Source: Owenia fusiformis (lineage: Eukaryota). Taken from it: a DNA stretch of 64,000 nucleotides. The translations under genes and the position numbers were made by a program. The DNA lies in NCBI GenBank assembly GCA_903813345.2, contig CAIIXF020000001.1, positions 37,324,001 through 37,388,000 on the forward strand, read 5' to 3'. Positions 39,564 to 53,200 of the stretch are shown piece after piece. Under the pieces are notes generated by a model. It did no database searches, was not told the DNA's origin, and saw nothing but the letters and a program-made list of their open reading frames with translations. The number at the start of each line of letters is the position of its first letter. Within the stretch, counting starts at the first letter, position 1.

Positions 39564-41282
39564 TGTAAGTAGTAATTTGAAAAAAAGAATGGTTTCTTGA
39601 TCTCTCTATTTACATCCACTTCGGCATTAATTCAACCATGCCATAATGAATGTTTTTATTTGAATTTATAGTGGTAAATGAGTAATAAATCTCACAAATG
39701 AAATAAAGTCCTTGACCAGAAATCCTCAATATCGTCTTGAGATGAGTTATGCGTGTTAAGCACATTTTAGAAGCAAAATGTGTATATTCTAATTAAACAT
39801 AAATTTAGTGTACTACACATAGGGTGAAAGTGAGTGTGAGTTTCAGTTGGTTATCAATGTCTTCTAGAACTGATTGAAAAGTACACGAAGAAGTAATTAT
39901 ATCTGCAGCATGCATTTGATGTAATTTAGACTTGAGATGGCATGGCCATGGGATAATGTGTAGAATTTAGCAATCGAAGGATCGAACTTTCATCTGATTG
40001 GGTGTGTCATGAAATTGCATAATACCACTGATGTCCGTGTTTACATCTTAATTGACATGATATGACAGGATATAATTATATAGTTATACAATGTATACAA
40101 TTGGAACATCATGTAAGAAGATTTAAATGCCCATGCATCATAGGTCAGTCTCTGGCAATGGTTTTGGGAAGTCAGGGGGCCACTTGCAAGGCATACATTG
40201 ATGACCGTATTCTGCATTAATTCATGATGTGTGCTTCTATTTGGTTGGTGGACGAAAGATTTTGAGTAGTTTCCCCCCTAGAATAACATGTTAAGGGGGT
40301 ACTATATTATACTATATTTGCTATAATACTGATTTCAGCATGATGTATTGCTAATACAATTGTAAAGTATAATCCTAAAGTTCTTTGCACAAGTAGTTCA
40401 AAAATGGTTGCAAATATTCCCAATTTTGCATGTGGAACCCTTACCAGCTTACAGAAAACTAAATTTCAAGATGACTCACCTCTGAACAACTCAACCCCTG
40501 GACAGCTGAATCCCTAAACAATTCAACCATTCGGACAAGTCATCACCTAGGCTACTCATCCCTTGCTTGGCAAATCAACTCAACCCCGAAGCTGTAATTA
40601 TTTCACTAAAAAGTCAGGTGATGATGGTCTTATTCAAAGTATATATAAAGTATGAAAAACATTTCTGAAACATGTAGCTCGTTTAAAACCCTTTTTAATA
40701 ACAGGCAGACACTAGAAGATGGGCACTTGGAGGAAAAAAGACAAGCTGGCTGTCTTGTGGTAAAACATAAATGTTTGCATTTTGGAACTCAGAGGGGTCA
40801 TTCAACAAGCCATTGCGGAAACTGCAATCAAATTCACTGTGACAACCGTGCTATGTAGTCATATCAAATGCAGCCTCCTATTGCATTGGGACACCACTCA
40901 GAATCCTATAAAATACATTCACTCAAAATTGGTGAATAAGACATGGTTGCCAAAAGATCCTTCGCGTTATTGCAGCCATAAAAATCGTAGTAAATAGGAA
41001 GATACTTTATGTCAAGTCATTAACAGGGAAGGCATAAAACCCCCAAACCACCAACTTTATTGTATTTTAAGCACATAAAAATGATATTTAAAAAAGTTCT
41101 TGATCATTGCGTCTGTTGCTTTGCAATATCAAACATAGTTTTAGAATACTTATTGGAGCAGTATTAGCAGTCCTTGTAGAATTTATGATCCAATTGCTCC
41201 ACGCCCAATATCTATTTTTAGGCGGTAGGGCACATTGAAAATACAAAATAGAATCAAATAATTTTAACCATTAAATAACAAT

Positions 41283-41313
41283 GTATTGTATTGTATTGTA
41301 TTGTATTGTATTG
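41283..41313 (+). repeat. (GTATT)n microsatellite
   Basis: gtattgtattgtattgtattgtattgtattg. Confidence 0.9.
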
Positions 41314-41484
41314 AATCTGAATGCATTGTGCCACACCCACTTTCTTTGATTTTTCAAGGGGTAGGGCACATCAAAGGCATATAAAAATACAAAATGTATC
41401 TAACAAATAATGAAAAACAACTGAAAAATTGCTTATTAATTCCCAAAAACAGCTTTAATGATGATTTTTAGACAAAAATCTCAG

Positions 41485-42145
41485 TTTGCTAATATAAACT
41501 CAGACAATCTAACAAATAATTTATCATGTGCTCCAATAATTTCCAACTTGTTAATAAAATGTGTTTGTATATAACCAGCTCTGAAAAGAGACTTGCTTTA
41601 TATTTCATACTCATAAAAAGAACACGTTTTATTATGTCCATATGATGTGTATCCTCCAACATATGCTCAACACATTCAATTTACTGAGAAACTAGATATA
41701 ATTGAGAATTTATATAGCAATCATTTAAATACTACATTGGATTAGTTTGATTTCTGAAAATAATCATTTAAAATCGAATTGGTGCAAAGCTGAAATCTTA
41801 CTGTTTACAAAATATTGGACAGCAAAATCTAAATTTACCGTAAAAATAACAATATTTCGTCTGACGTTTTCGTTGTCTGTCATTTAAAAGGTAACCCCTA
41901 AGGGCACTTTCTGACGAAGCTTTCAATAAATTATCCATCAACAACATATCACCAACGTTAATTCAACCAGTGTGTTGGATGATACAAATCATATCGACAT
42001 AATAGAATATATATTGTTTTATGAGCATGAAATATCAAACACTCCCCGTTGAGAGCTGGTTGCAAACATACTTAATTAACAAGTTGGAAATTATAAAAGC
42101 ATGCGATACATTATTTGTTATGTTGTCTGAGTTTACATTAGCAAA
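41485..42145. mobile_element. MITE-like element with ~140 bp imperfect TIRs
   Basis: tttgctaatataaactcagacaa...ttccaacttgttaat...accagctct...atatttcatactcataaaa versus its inverse at 42015-42145. Confidence 0.6.
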
Positions 42146-43422
42146 GCTGTCACTAAAAGTGTCACTATAAATAAGGTATATAAATTCAATGTACGGCCAT
42201 ATGTTAAATTCTTATGAAATAATGAAGGTAATAGAAACTCACTGATTCAATACTTATTTTGAAATTAAATCAACCCAAGAACACGTTTCCAGGCAATTCC
42301 AAGAGTGACCAATTTGTCTGCCAAAATTGTGTGTTTTTCTCTTGATAATCATGTTTCTGAGGTTAAGGAATATATTCACATTCAATATTCTAACAATATT
42401 AAGCTTTATGTATGCCTTATAGTTTGGAGACACTCAAATCCGATATTCATTGGATGCAACCAAATGTGACCTGCTTGAGCATGCTGTGTGTGTTTTTCAC
42501 TTCCTCGTTGTATCAAGGTGGCTTATATATTCGAACGGTTTATTGCTTCCGCAGGCCTCGCCCACTCTTATTTATGTCTCAATGTAAACATTATGACAGA
42601 GGAAACAGTTAAGTGATAAAATTAGTGTGGGCCAGGCCTGCGGAAGCACTGTAAAAGTAAAGTTGAACAAAAAATATAGCACATGATTAGGGCAGCCATT
42701 TTGGATGTAGACTATACTAGTGCTGTATACATTCAACGTGGATTATGAATTTACCTTTAACTATTGAATAATGACTAAAGGGCATTTAGTAACCTGCCTA
42801 TATTAGGAGCATTACCCCCAGCTCATTTGAAATCTTGAATACTTGGCTAAACACAAGGATATCATCATATTGATATATGATGATATCCCCATGTTAAATC
42901 AATGGACCAAAATAATCAGTAAACAAATATCGTGAAATTTGAATGTTTGACCTACTTTCGAAAGTTCAAGGGTTAAGCCAAAATTGTTCTTAACAACATT
43001 TTTTATCATATTTTCACATTTTAGATTTGATAAAATATAATTTTGCACACAAGAATGTTTGATTTGCAGATATGCACTGACTTGACCTTTACAAGGTCAC
43101 GATGACCTCCATAACACTTAGGATGTACCTGGACACTATGTTGTAATTAACTCCTTACTAAATACAATATTATTTGTCATAATGGTTATGAATGCTTTGG
43201 GGGCACTTTTTATATACTTATAGTGACAAATCCTTTGATTTTTGCCTAACAAAATCATCGTTAAAGCTGTTTTTAAATTATTCAACATTATTTTCAGTAT
43301 ACATCGTATCATAATAGCCAGTCGGGTTAACATTAAAATAGCACACATTAAATGTTGTTGATATTAGGACACATATGGTAGAATAACAGAATTTGATTAT
43401 ATTTGAAAATATAAATTATCGT

Positions 43423-44158
43423 AAAGGATAGGTATCGATATGGAGAACTGAATTCAACAATGTTTTTCTCTTAAACCAATCATTGAAAACATTCTGTAAA
43501 AAAACATGGTGTTTTATGTAATGTTGACTGATTGACAACAATTTAATGCGAAAATTATTTAGAAATATTTTATATAACTGTTTTTGTTAACATTTTTGTT
43601 TTTTTAGTGCAATTGTTTTTGCTCCTTTCTACCAATTCTTGAGAATGAAATAAAATGTCTTTCCGAACAATTGTTGGAACAAAATAGCATATACAACATG
43701 TTTTTAGACCCCTCAATATTTAAGTTATACAAAGGAATTTTTGGTTGATTTTAAAAAAGTATTCAAAAAATTAAAACAAAATCCCCCCAAAATAGAAAAA
43801 AATCAAGAAAAACCTATTATTTCATTAACAAGATACTTTTTTAAAATCAACCAAAATTTCCTTTGTACAATTACAATATTGAGAGTCCTAAACCTGTTGT
43901 GTTTATGTCGTTTTGTTCCAATGAGGTACGGAAAGATGTTTCATTTCACTCTGGAAACATGATACCAAGAACAAAACAAGTGTTCGATGTGTTTTTAAAA
44001 ACTAAAGATGAAAGTATGTTTATCTATTTCAAATTATATTGTTACCATTCAAAAGATGGTCTTTAAATTGACAATTTGTAAGATTTACAGAAATTTTTGA
44101 TGACTGGTTTAAGAGAAACGTGTGTTCAAAAAGTTCGCCATTTCGATACCCATTCTTT
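43423..44158 (+). mobile_element. MITE family full copy (AAAGGATAGGTATCGATATGG TIR)
   Basis: Both TIRs present; colinear with 15967-16661. Confidence 0.8.
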
Positions 44159-44825
44159 GCTCATCTACACATTTCAGCAAAGCTTAGGTGTGTAATACGT
44201 CAATTGGAGTCATACTTCTAGGATAATAGTATCTACTTCTTACCCGACTAAAAGACGAGAGAGAAGTGGAAATCCCGAAGATGTAATTTTAGTCATGTCA
44301 TCAAAATGAATAGCCACCTTGTAGTAGCGCCTTTGCTTTTCCTACGGAATATAAATCTTTTTTTTCTACCCTTGGGTATGGGGTGCATGACTATGTCCCG
44401 TAATTACGTTATACGAATATTTATTTGCCAAAAATATTATAATATATATTTATTGAGGGGATATTCCCGCTTTGGCGTGACGCCTTCAAAATTTGTATAG
44501 ACACGTCGCAAAAAGGTTGCGCACGTCGTGTGTTTTAGGGTGTTGCATGAATGTATCTTTAATGCTCCGTAACATAATAATCTAACCATACATAACTATA
44601 TATATATTCTAACTTTGTTTTTACACCTTTTATTGGCGACATAATGGAGCATATTAAATTCTGTTGATGTCAACACATATCGCGAAATTTAGAAGATATA
44701 ACAACATTTGAATGCAACATGTATAAATAATCGCAAATAGGCCCATGTAATAAATCAAGATTGACTTGCAAATGTAAATATACATGTAAGACCAGTTTAT
44801 TCAACTACCAGTTTATTCAAATAAT

Positions 44826-45452
44826 CTTCTTCTTACTATAAAGCACGGTGGTGTGTCTGTCTCTCTTTCCTCCGGACATCTCCTAGACTGTTTGACCTGT
44901 TTCACCAGTCAAGATCATTCCTAGGTCAAATATCAATATCATATCTAGGTATTTGGCGGGTTAAGGACCTTGGGGGCTGATGTGATCCTTGGTGTCAAGG
45001 GGGGGGTCAAGGTCAATGTTCATCGATCAAGGTCAAATGTAAACATCTACGTATTTGACGTTTTAAGGACATTGCGGACTGCTGTGACCCTTGGTGACCC
45101 ATGATTAGGTGACCTGAAGTCGAGGTCAATATCTAGGTTTTTGGCGTCTTAAGATCCTTTGGTTCGAGCTTTTGGCGACCCGTGATTAGGTGACCTGAGG
45201 TCAAGGTCATCTCAATGTCAAAGTTCAGTATCTAAGTATTTGGCATTTAAGGCACCTGGAGAATAATGCTACTCTTAGTCATCTCAAGGTCATATCTAGG
45301 TATTTGGCGTTTTAAGGCCAAGAATCAGTCAAGGTCAAGCGATCAATAGGTATTTAGCATTTTATTGGGGGTGCTGCCATGTTGGGGCTGTTGTGACTCT
45401 TGGTGACCAACTCGAACGAGTAGATTGCTCAATCTAATGCGGAAGGTAGTCT
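44826..45452 (+). mobile_element. Helitron-like non-autonomous element with GGTCA-rich internal repeats
   Basis: Starts tcttcttactataaagc followed by a gtgtctgtct microsatellite-like stretch and repeated tcaaggtca / atctaggtatttggcg units; 3' boundary uncertain. Confidence 0.45.
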
Positions 45453-45634
45453 ACACGGCCAGTGTTACGTTTTGCTCACTAACAAAGACAATCCCAATTT
45501 TCTAATTATGAAAAGCTCCAAACATGGTATTATCAGTCAAAATGAAAGTTTGTAGAATAATCAAAATGTCTTTAAGGAACATTCACTGAATATTTCATGT
45601 TAACTTTTTTAAGGTTATTTTATTTGATCTGTCT

Positions 45635-46146
45635 TTGCGCTCTGATTTTTGCCGGCACAACTTTGTAAACTACCAATATCCAAGTTGTCCATGTGGGTTT
45701 CGAAACCAGACAAAGGTACACCATTTGCTTGATTGCCCTCTTACACATGATGCAAGACAAATATTTCTCCAAAGTCTCTCCCAGCAAGCTGACCCTAACC
45801 TCAAACTTTTCTCCAGTAAACGCAAATATGACAAGGTTGATATGATTTTATTTGGCGATAAAGAACTATCACCAAAGCTTAACTCCATACTTATAAATCT
45901 ATCATCAGATTTTATTAACAAAATATTGTGAAACCAGTGTCATATCTTCTGTACCTTGCCAAATTTCATAACATCATCACCCATTCCATCTGAACACTAC
46001 ATTTATGTAGATTATGACTGTTATTGTACGTGTAAATATCCACTGTATAAAATGTATTTTCACAAGCTAATAATGTGCAAACGTAGGCTTGTTTCTCCAT
46101 ATTCATGTATTACTGTATATATGATTCTAATATGGAAATAAAATAA
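45635..46146 (+). mobile_element. LINE (CR1/L2-like) 3' end fragment
   Basis: ORF PSCPCGFRNQTKVHHLLDCP...ILFGD matches the CxC..H...CP C-terminal motif of LINE ORF2; followed by a 3' UTR ending aaataaaataa. Confidence 0.7.
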
Positions 46147-47294
46147 CCTTAAAAAATGTAAAAATATCAATTACTGATGTTACATTATTTTATTTCCTCT
46201 GTTTCATTTGGAGAGCGTTGGTTATACAATAACATTTAAATTCAGTACAAACGCATTTACAGAAGGATTATTGGATTTAATATTTACATTTTAGAACCAA
46301 TAAAAAGTTCGAAAAGCAAGCCGATTGCCTTTTTTTAAGAACCGCTATTCTTATTATGAAAATGAATTCTAACATTACTCTCCCACGTGAAACTATATTT
46401 GTTGACACTCTATCAACTTGAGTTCTTCTAAGATAATGCGGATTTCAGCAAGGGTACCGTTGACTTAACATGGGGATGCAATTGACTTTAATCCTGCATA
46501 TCTCCATTGTGTGGTCGATTCTCAACAAGTAGAATCATGTGAGAGAGTATTGGTAGAATCCGTTTTCAATAGTAAGAATAGGGGTTCTTAAACGGGTATT
46601 AAATCTTAACTAAGGCCTTTTGAAATATTTGGTAAGACAGAGTGCTCAATAAAATTGGTTACCCTGTCACTATTTTCATCATATCCTTGTCTCTCTCTCT
46701 CTCTGATATTTAGCACATATGTACATCATTCAATTTCCTACCGGCCCACCATATTTCATGACAATCAGACTGATAGTCACAATGTTACAGCACTTTGAAC
46801 AACAATTCAATGCTGTACAAATGTGCCAAATTAAAGGGTGTAAATCATTAAAATGATAAAATATTGAGGAAAATACAGGGTTGTCATTATTTTACAAGCC
46901 TTCACTTTTTGTTAAAGTGACCGTATACATGTACATATTTGAAAAATATATTAATATTGAGACGTGACACTGCACATTCGATTATGAACATATCATAAAA
47001 CGTAAATATCATCGACATGAAACTCTATATGTATATTGCTACCCAAAGTTGTTGTATGAAAACACCATCATCAAGGTAAAAAGTGAAATGCCATCTTAAA
47101 CGGGCAATATATCAATTATCCGATCAAAAATGTGTCTCTTTGAGACTATGCTATTGTAACATGTGGAGTTACATTTCTAACACGTGGACTCCGACATTGG
47201 GTCTAACACTCGAGCTTCGATCGGTTGGATAAAAAATAATATCACGACAACACGTTCAGCATATATGTCTGTACGTTTTCCTATTTACTATTGT

Positions 47295-50200
47295 TCAAAA
47301 ATGAAGTCCTTCAACCAGTTGAACAATAGGTGGACTTCCTTTATTGTTGTCGAACATATGATCAAGTTCGTCTAAAGATAACGGTACTTCTCCTTCAACA
47401 GGCAAGGCAAGTCCATCTCGAGCTTCATATAAATGCTTAAGCGGCAATTGTGAGGACGTTTGACCAGCAAAGACTTCACCAGTAGGAGCATACTTAGGCT
47501 TGACTGGCTCTCCTATCCCAACCTTCTGAACACCACCGGTTCCGCTAGTTCCAGGCTGGGGTTCATCAAAGTTAAATACTTTCGCAGCTCCAGTTGTACT
47601 AGTACCAGGTTTAGGTGAGGTGTTTGGCGAGAACTTCATTCCCAATAGCCAGTAGGTGTTCATCCTTCCCTTGCCCTGAGAAGTGAATAGAAGTTATTTA
47701 TGTTGTTATTTTATATTTTAGAACAACTGTATTTTAAAAAATATTTGGGGTTCTCATTTTAGCACTCTTGCTATCATGGTTTGGCTGTGTCACTTAAGTT
47801 CGCTCGTTCCACTCCCAAGGTTCATATTCTTATGTTTATTGCATTGTTATTCAATCAAATACTCCACCATGACAAATCACTTCCATTAAATTATATACAA
47901 TGATACTGTTCCAACACAATCCCTGTTATGGACTTATTATTGCGCTTCAAATGTGTGTGCCATCCACATTATGGCGCAATCACTCAAGTTCAATCCAGAT
48001 TATGGCGTTCTCGGACACAGGTACCATTCACACTAGGGTGCCTTCAGACCCAAGCACCATACACGTTATAGGGCTTAGAAACTTAGCGACATCCACATTA
48101 TGGCACTTTCAAATATAGCACCATCCACATTATGGGGGGGGGGTACTGATTTTCATTTATATGTTAAATATTCATTATAATATACATTTCCCCTCCACCT
48201 CCCTTCAGATATGACTACCCAACTTGCTAATGATTTTATTATTTTATATTAAATAAATTAATTTCACCAACACGAATGTATTATGTTCCGTTATAATTAG
48301 CAACTGAGCAGATCAAGGGAAGAGACACAAATATTTGTTTGTTTCCTTCATGGGCTCTACCAACTGATAGAGCCCATGGTTTCCTTTCAATTGAACATGT
48401 ATTGATTTAAGTAGCTTAAAGAACGTGTGCGTCTTTCGACTTTTAACGATTCGTCTGGTTAAACAAAATACAGTCGGCTGAACATAATCCTTTTCTCCCT
48501 TGTATTTTTAAGCTTTACCTTAAGTTCCATTACCCCACGCTGTTGCATAGTATACCCTCCATGCCTCGCCAACAAACGATGCGTTGTCGTGCTAATATGT
48601 ATCCTGTTTGCTGAAAGTAGATGTTATACTTTAGATGTGCAGGTTTGTTCCACATGTTGTCTTATAGCCATATTATTCAAGATGCTTTTGACAAGCGTGT
48701 CTTATCAAATCAATGAATGAACATTATCACTTTTTAGCTTTTCATTCACAATAATGTCGAGGCTTTCGGAATGTCGACAATTGTATGATGAAATGAAACT
48801 ATTTGCAATTTGATATGCATATAACTATTTTACATTTGATTAAGGATTTTATCATCTTACCGAGTCCACTTGTCTCTAACCTGGATGCAGTGTTGACTGT
48901 GTCTCCAAATAAACAATAGCGTGGTAGTTTGATACCAACAACACCAGCGACACAGTGACCTAATTCATAAAAACGTATACGTTCATTAATACAGTATAAT
49001 AATAAACATGTATCTTTGACTTTTAGAGTTTTATTGTAAGCTTTTAATACAATTTTGCTTTGATATACCATCTTTTAAGATCGAGTAACATAGGTAATTG
49101 CTGTTGATATATGTATTTCGGGTCAGTTTTGTTCGTGTATCAATGACCCCCTGATTAGAAAGTTTTTGTTTTCCTAGAACAAATTGTAATCGAAGCTTAT
49201 TTGTGTGTGACAATTTTTACATGTTTTTATCAAATAATATTATGAAATGATAGTAAAGTATAATAAACAAGAACACAAATGTGTACAAAATGTCCCCACC
49301 TATGGATGATCCCGTCAAATGGTTATCCTAAAAATGAGTAGACAAGACTTTACCGACACAATTAGTCAGTTCTAGATTTTCATACTAAGAAACATTCATA
49401 CTGAAAATTTGAAATTGATCTATCAAATGGTTCACCTGGAAATGCGTAGACAAGACTTTACAAACAAGATTTTAGGACAGAAAATCCAAAATGGCTGCCT
49501 TGACATTTACCCAGAATGCCCAAAAACTAATCAGATCTAGATTTTCATACTAAGAATCATCCCTGAAAATTTGAAATTGATCTACCAAACGGTTCACCTA
49601 AAAACGCGTAGACAAGACTTTACGGGCAAGATTTTAAGACGGAAAATCCAAAATGGCTGCCTTGACATTTATCCAGAATGCATAAAAACTAATCAGATCT
49701 AGATTTTCACACTAAGAATCATCCCTGAAAAATTGAAATTGATCTACCAAACAGTTCACCTGGAAATGCGTAGACAAGACTTTACAGACGAGATTTTAGG
49801 ACGGAAAATCCAAAATGGCTGCCTTGACATTTACCCAGAATGCCCAAAAACTAATCAGATCTAGATTTTCATACTAAGAATCATCCCTGAAAATTTGAAA
49901 TTGATCTACCAAACGGTTCACCTGAAAACGCGTAGACAAGACTTTACAGACAAGATTTTAGGACGGAAAATCCAAAATGGCCGACAATAAAAAAGTGATT
50001 ATGAATTTTTGCTGATTTCTTTTTACAAAATGATCACATATAACTACTGTTAACAATAACATAGGCTTTTACAACAAAGTACACCTGAAATTATTTATAA
50101 AGCTACTAAATAGTTAAAGTATGAAAACTGAAAAACACCATTCAATATGATACAAAGTATTATCGTGCGCTAACTTTTCTTAAAACATTCAAAATGGCTG

Positions 50201-53200
50201 ACATGACTGAGCTAACAGGTCCAAAACCTAATCAGATCTAGAATGAAGTGAGCTGAACAAGATTTTAAAGTTTTAAAAGCAACTGTGAAAGCCGTTTTTC
50301 TTAAAGCTTGCAGACAAGGATTTTAGCATTTGACTTCAAAATGGCCGACAGGAAGTAGGTATCGAGATAATTTTTTTTCATCCACATCTGTATGGACTCA
50401 TAAGTTATCCCTGAAAATTTGAAGGTGATATCTGTAGCGGTTTTGGAGAAAACTGCCGGACGTACGGACGGACAGACGGACAGACAGACGGACGCGCCTA
50501 AGCCGACAATATGGCCCCACACTATGTGGTGGGGACATAAAAAGAATAATCAATGATTAATACATATTTCATATCTGCATAATGACATCTTAAAAATACA
50601 CACCTGTATGTATTCCAATGCGGAGCTCTATCTTATCATTAGTTATATCACCGAGTTCAAGCGTGGCGGTAACAGCCATTAAATCCAATGACATGTTTGC
50701 AATTTCATAGACGTGTTTATTGCCATTTCTGCTTGGGAGCCCTGTAAATAACAAATGTAAGTCATCATAGGAATTTTAGAGAAAAACTAAATATAACAAA
50801 ATGTAAATGTTAATAGTAAAAAGGATGAGGGCAACCTTTCGCTATGCTACGAAATAAAGGACGATTAATAAAAGTCAGTTGCCGAGGAAGGCGTGTTTTA
50901 ATTGTTTTGGATACAAGCCCTCTGTGCTAAAACGATAAGTTGTGTATTCATGAATTGAAAATTATCAATCAAACAATCTATTCGTCAAAACATTAAAACA
51001 TTAATATATACCTGATGAGGCTTTAATTAAAATACCAAGCATGTCTCCAATATACTGATGTGTTAGGTTGCTAACATGAATTGAACACCAAGATGATTCT
51101 TCTTTGCGATGTGTTCGTTTTCTGTGTTTACTAAGAATTGATTCACATTATTTGTTTTTAAATTTTAAATTTTGTTCACTGTGTTCGTCTGCCATCATTG
51201 TATTTTGTTTAGTTCAGTGCTGCAATAGTTATGACGGGAATTCCCGAGGCGGGGTGTCCCCGATAACGCCACATGCGGGTTATACGAAATATATTTGGAC
51301 GGATATCGAATATATTCCCGGTTAATATGCCCCTGAAACCAGAACAGGTATGGAATACATAATTATATCATCCTTACCTGATGCCACCATGTATGAATCA
51401 CCAATGGTTTCCACTTTGTAAACATCATACAGTTCAATCCGTTTATCAAACGTATTGTAAAGTGTATTTAGGAGCTCTACAATTTGCATGGGGGTGCATT
51501 CCAATGAAATACGAGTGAACCCGACTATATCAGAAAAGAAAATAGTCACTTCTTTAAAATACTCAGCATTCACATCCTAAAAGAGAAGGATATGCATGAC
51601 GGTCATAATTTTATGGAATCTTTGGTATCTGAAGTCTTTAGGATCAGTTGACGTTCACTGTTTTTATTCCCTTGGCAAATGTGTAGTTCATCATACATAA
51701 ATTTGAACAAAAGTGCATGTAAATATCTTGAGGATACAATAACTTGCTTGTTTAAAACGTATCAAGGAACATAGTTTTAATTTGTCTACCCCGGCGACAT
51801 ACCTTGTTCTTCTTCAGTTGGTCAGCAACAGGCCTGGGTAACATTTGGTAAAGAAGAGAATCCGTCTTCTTCTTTTCTTTGTGCAATTCCTGGGTCTTAC
51901 TGGCAAGTGTGATGGCATACCTCTGGATATCATTAGTCATTTTTAGAATTAATTGTACTACGACTGGACTTATTGTGAGAACGATTAGCAAGAGGATTGC
52001 ACTCATAACAAGTGATGTTGTCTCTAACACAGATTTGTTCCTGAGATTGTCAAAAATCTTGTTAGCAAGCTCAACCTGAATGTCAAGGAGAAGGTTCACG
52101 TAAACCGTCATATCATCAAAATACTGAGTAGCTTTTCTTACAGACGGGTCTCTGAACGAAGCGTTTCTATCTTGGATGTCATCGCGATAATTATTTATTA
52201 TAGTTGCCAAATTAATTCCATTTACATTGATTCCATACATCCTAATCGAATCCACAAGTGGAGAAAAGGTTTTAGCCGCAGCATACTTTACATCAGCGTT
52301 TACGAGTTGTCTGTTAAACTTAAAGAAATCGTCATCAAAAAGAAAACCGCCTCTCACATAGAAAGCTCCGCCAAATGATCGCTCAATGCCGACATCCTCT
52401 TTTGCAGCAATTATCTTCATGTAAGCTACCAATGTTCTCCACATTGTCCCATACCTTGATTCCTGGATAGCATCTTGCAACCAAAGTAAAAACACATCGA
52501 TCATGCTGCTGTAGAATTGAATTTCGTTAACGTATGTGTAGTTTTTATCACTAAGATGCAACAAATCCAACTCATTTCTATGTTTTGCTAAATAAAATCT
52601 AAACGACTTTTTATTTCTAAATTGCTCAAGTGTATTTCTCTGTCTCACTGGCCATTGTGACAGCGCATCTAACGTGTCATCGGTCTGAGGGTAGAAATTC
52701 AGGAGAAAGCTTTTAGTTTCTGGACCAAGCTGGCTGAAGTACAAAACGCTCATGTCACGTTCTTTTTGGAGCTGATGTATAAAACGACCCACTTCAATAC
52801 TAAACTCTATGTTTGTCCGCAACTAAAAACAAGGCAAAAATAAGTTTCATTAGATTGGAACTCACTTCGTCAAGTTGCAGAATTATTTGATATTAATCAA
52901 ACCGATATGATACAATTCCAAATTAACAATGTAGCATATGTTACATATTGATCAAGAGTACGGATTCATATAATGCGTAATATATTCAGTTACACAAGCA
53001 TGGACCAATGGAACCGAGTCATATAATGCGTAATACAATACACAGGGACCAATGGTACAGAGTCATATAAATTATAATGCGTAATATATTGGTTCATGTG
53101 TGACTGAATATATTACGCGTTATATGATTCGACACCATTGGTTCATGTGTGGCTGAATATATTGCGCGTTATATGACTCGGTGCCATCGGTCCCTGTCTA

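Noticed and set aside
39600..47200. Additional gene between paralog A and NIT-GC
   Set aside because: Only short motif-less ORFs and TE fragments; no exon chain could be built
49305..49985. CRISPR array or coding repeat
   Set aside because: Whole 162-bp units repeat without spacers inside a TE; no ORF
51803..52822. Recent bacterial HGT or contamination of the NIT-like ORF
   Set aside because: Flanked by phase-matched GT-AG introns and fused to a eukaryote-type GC; base composition like the other exons
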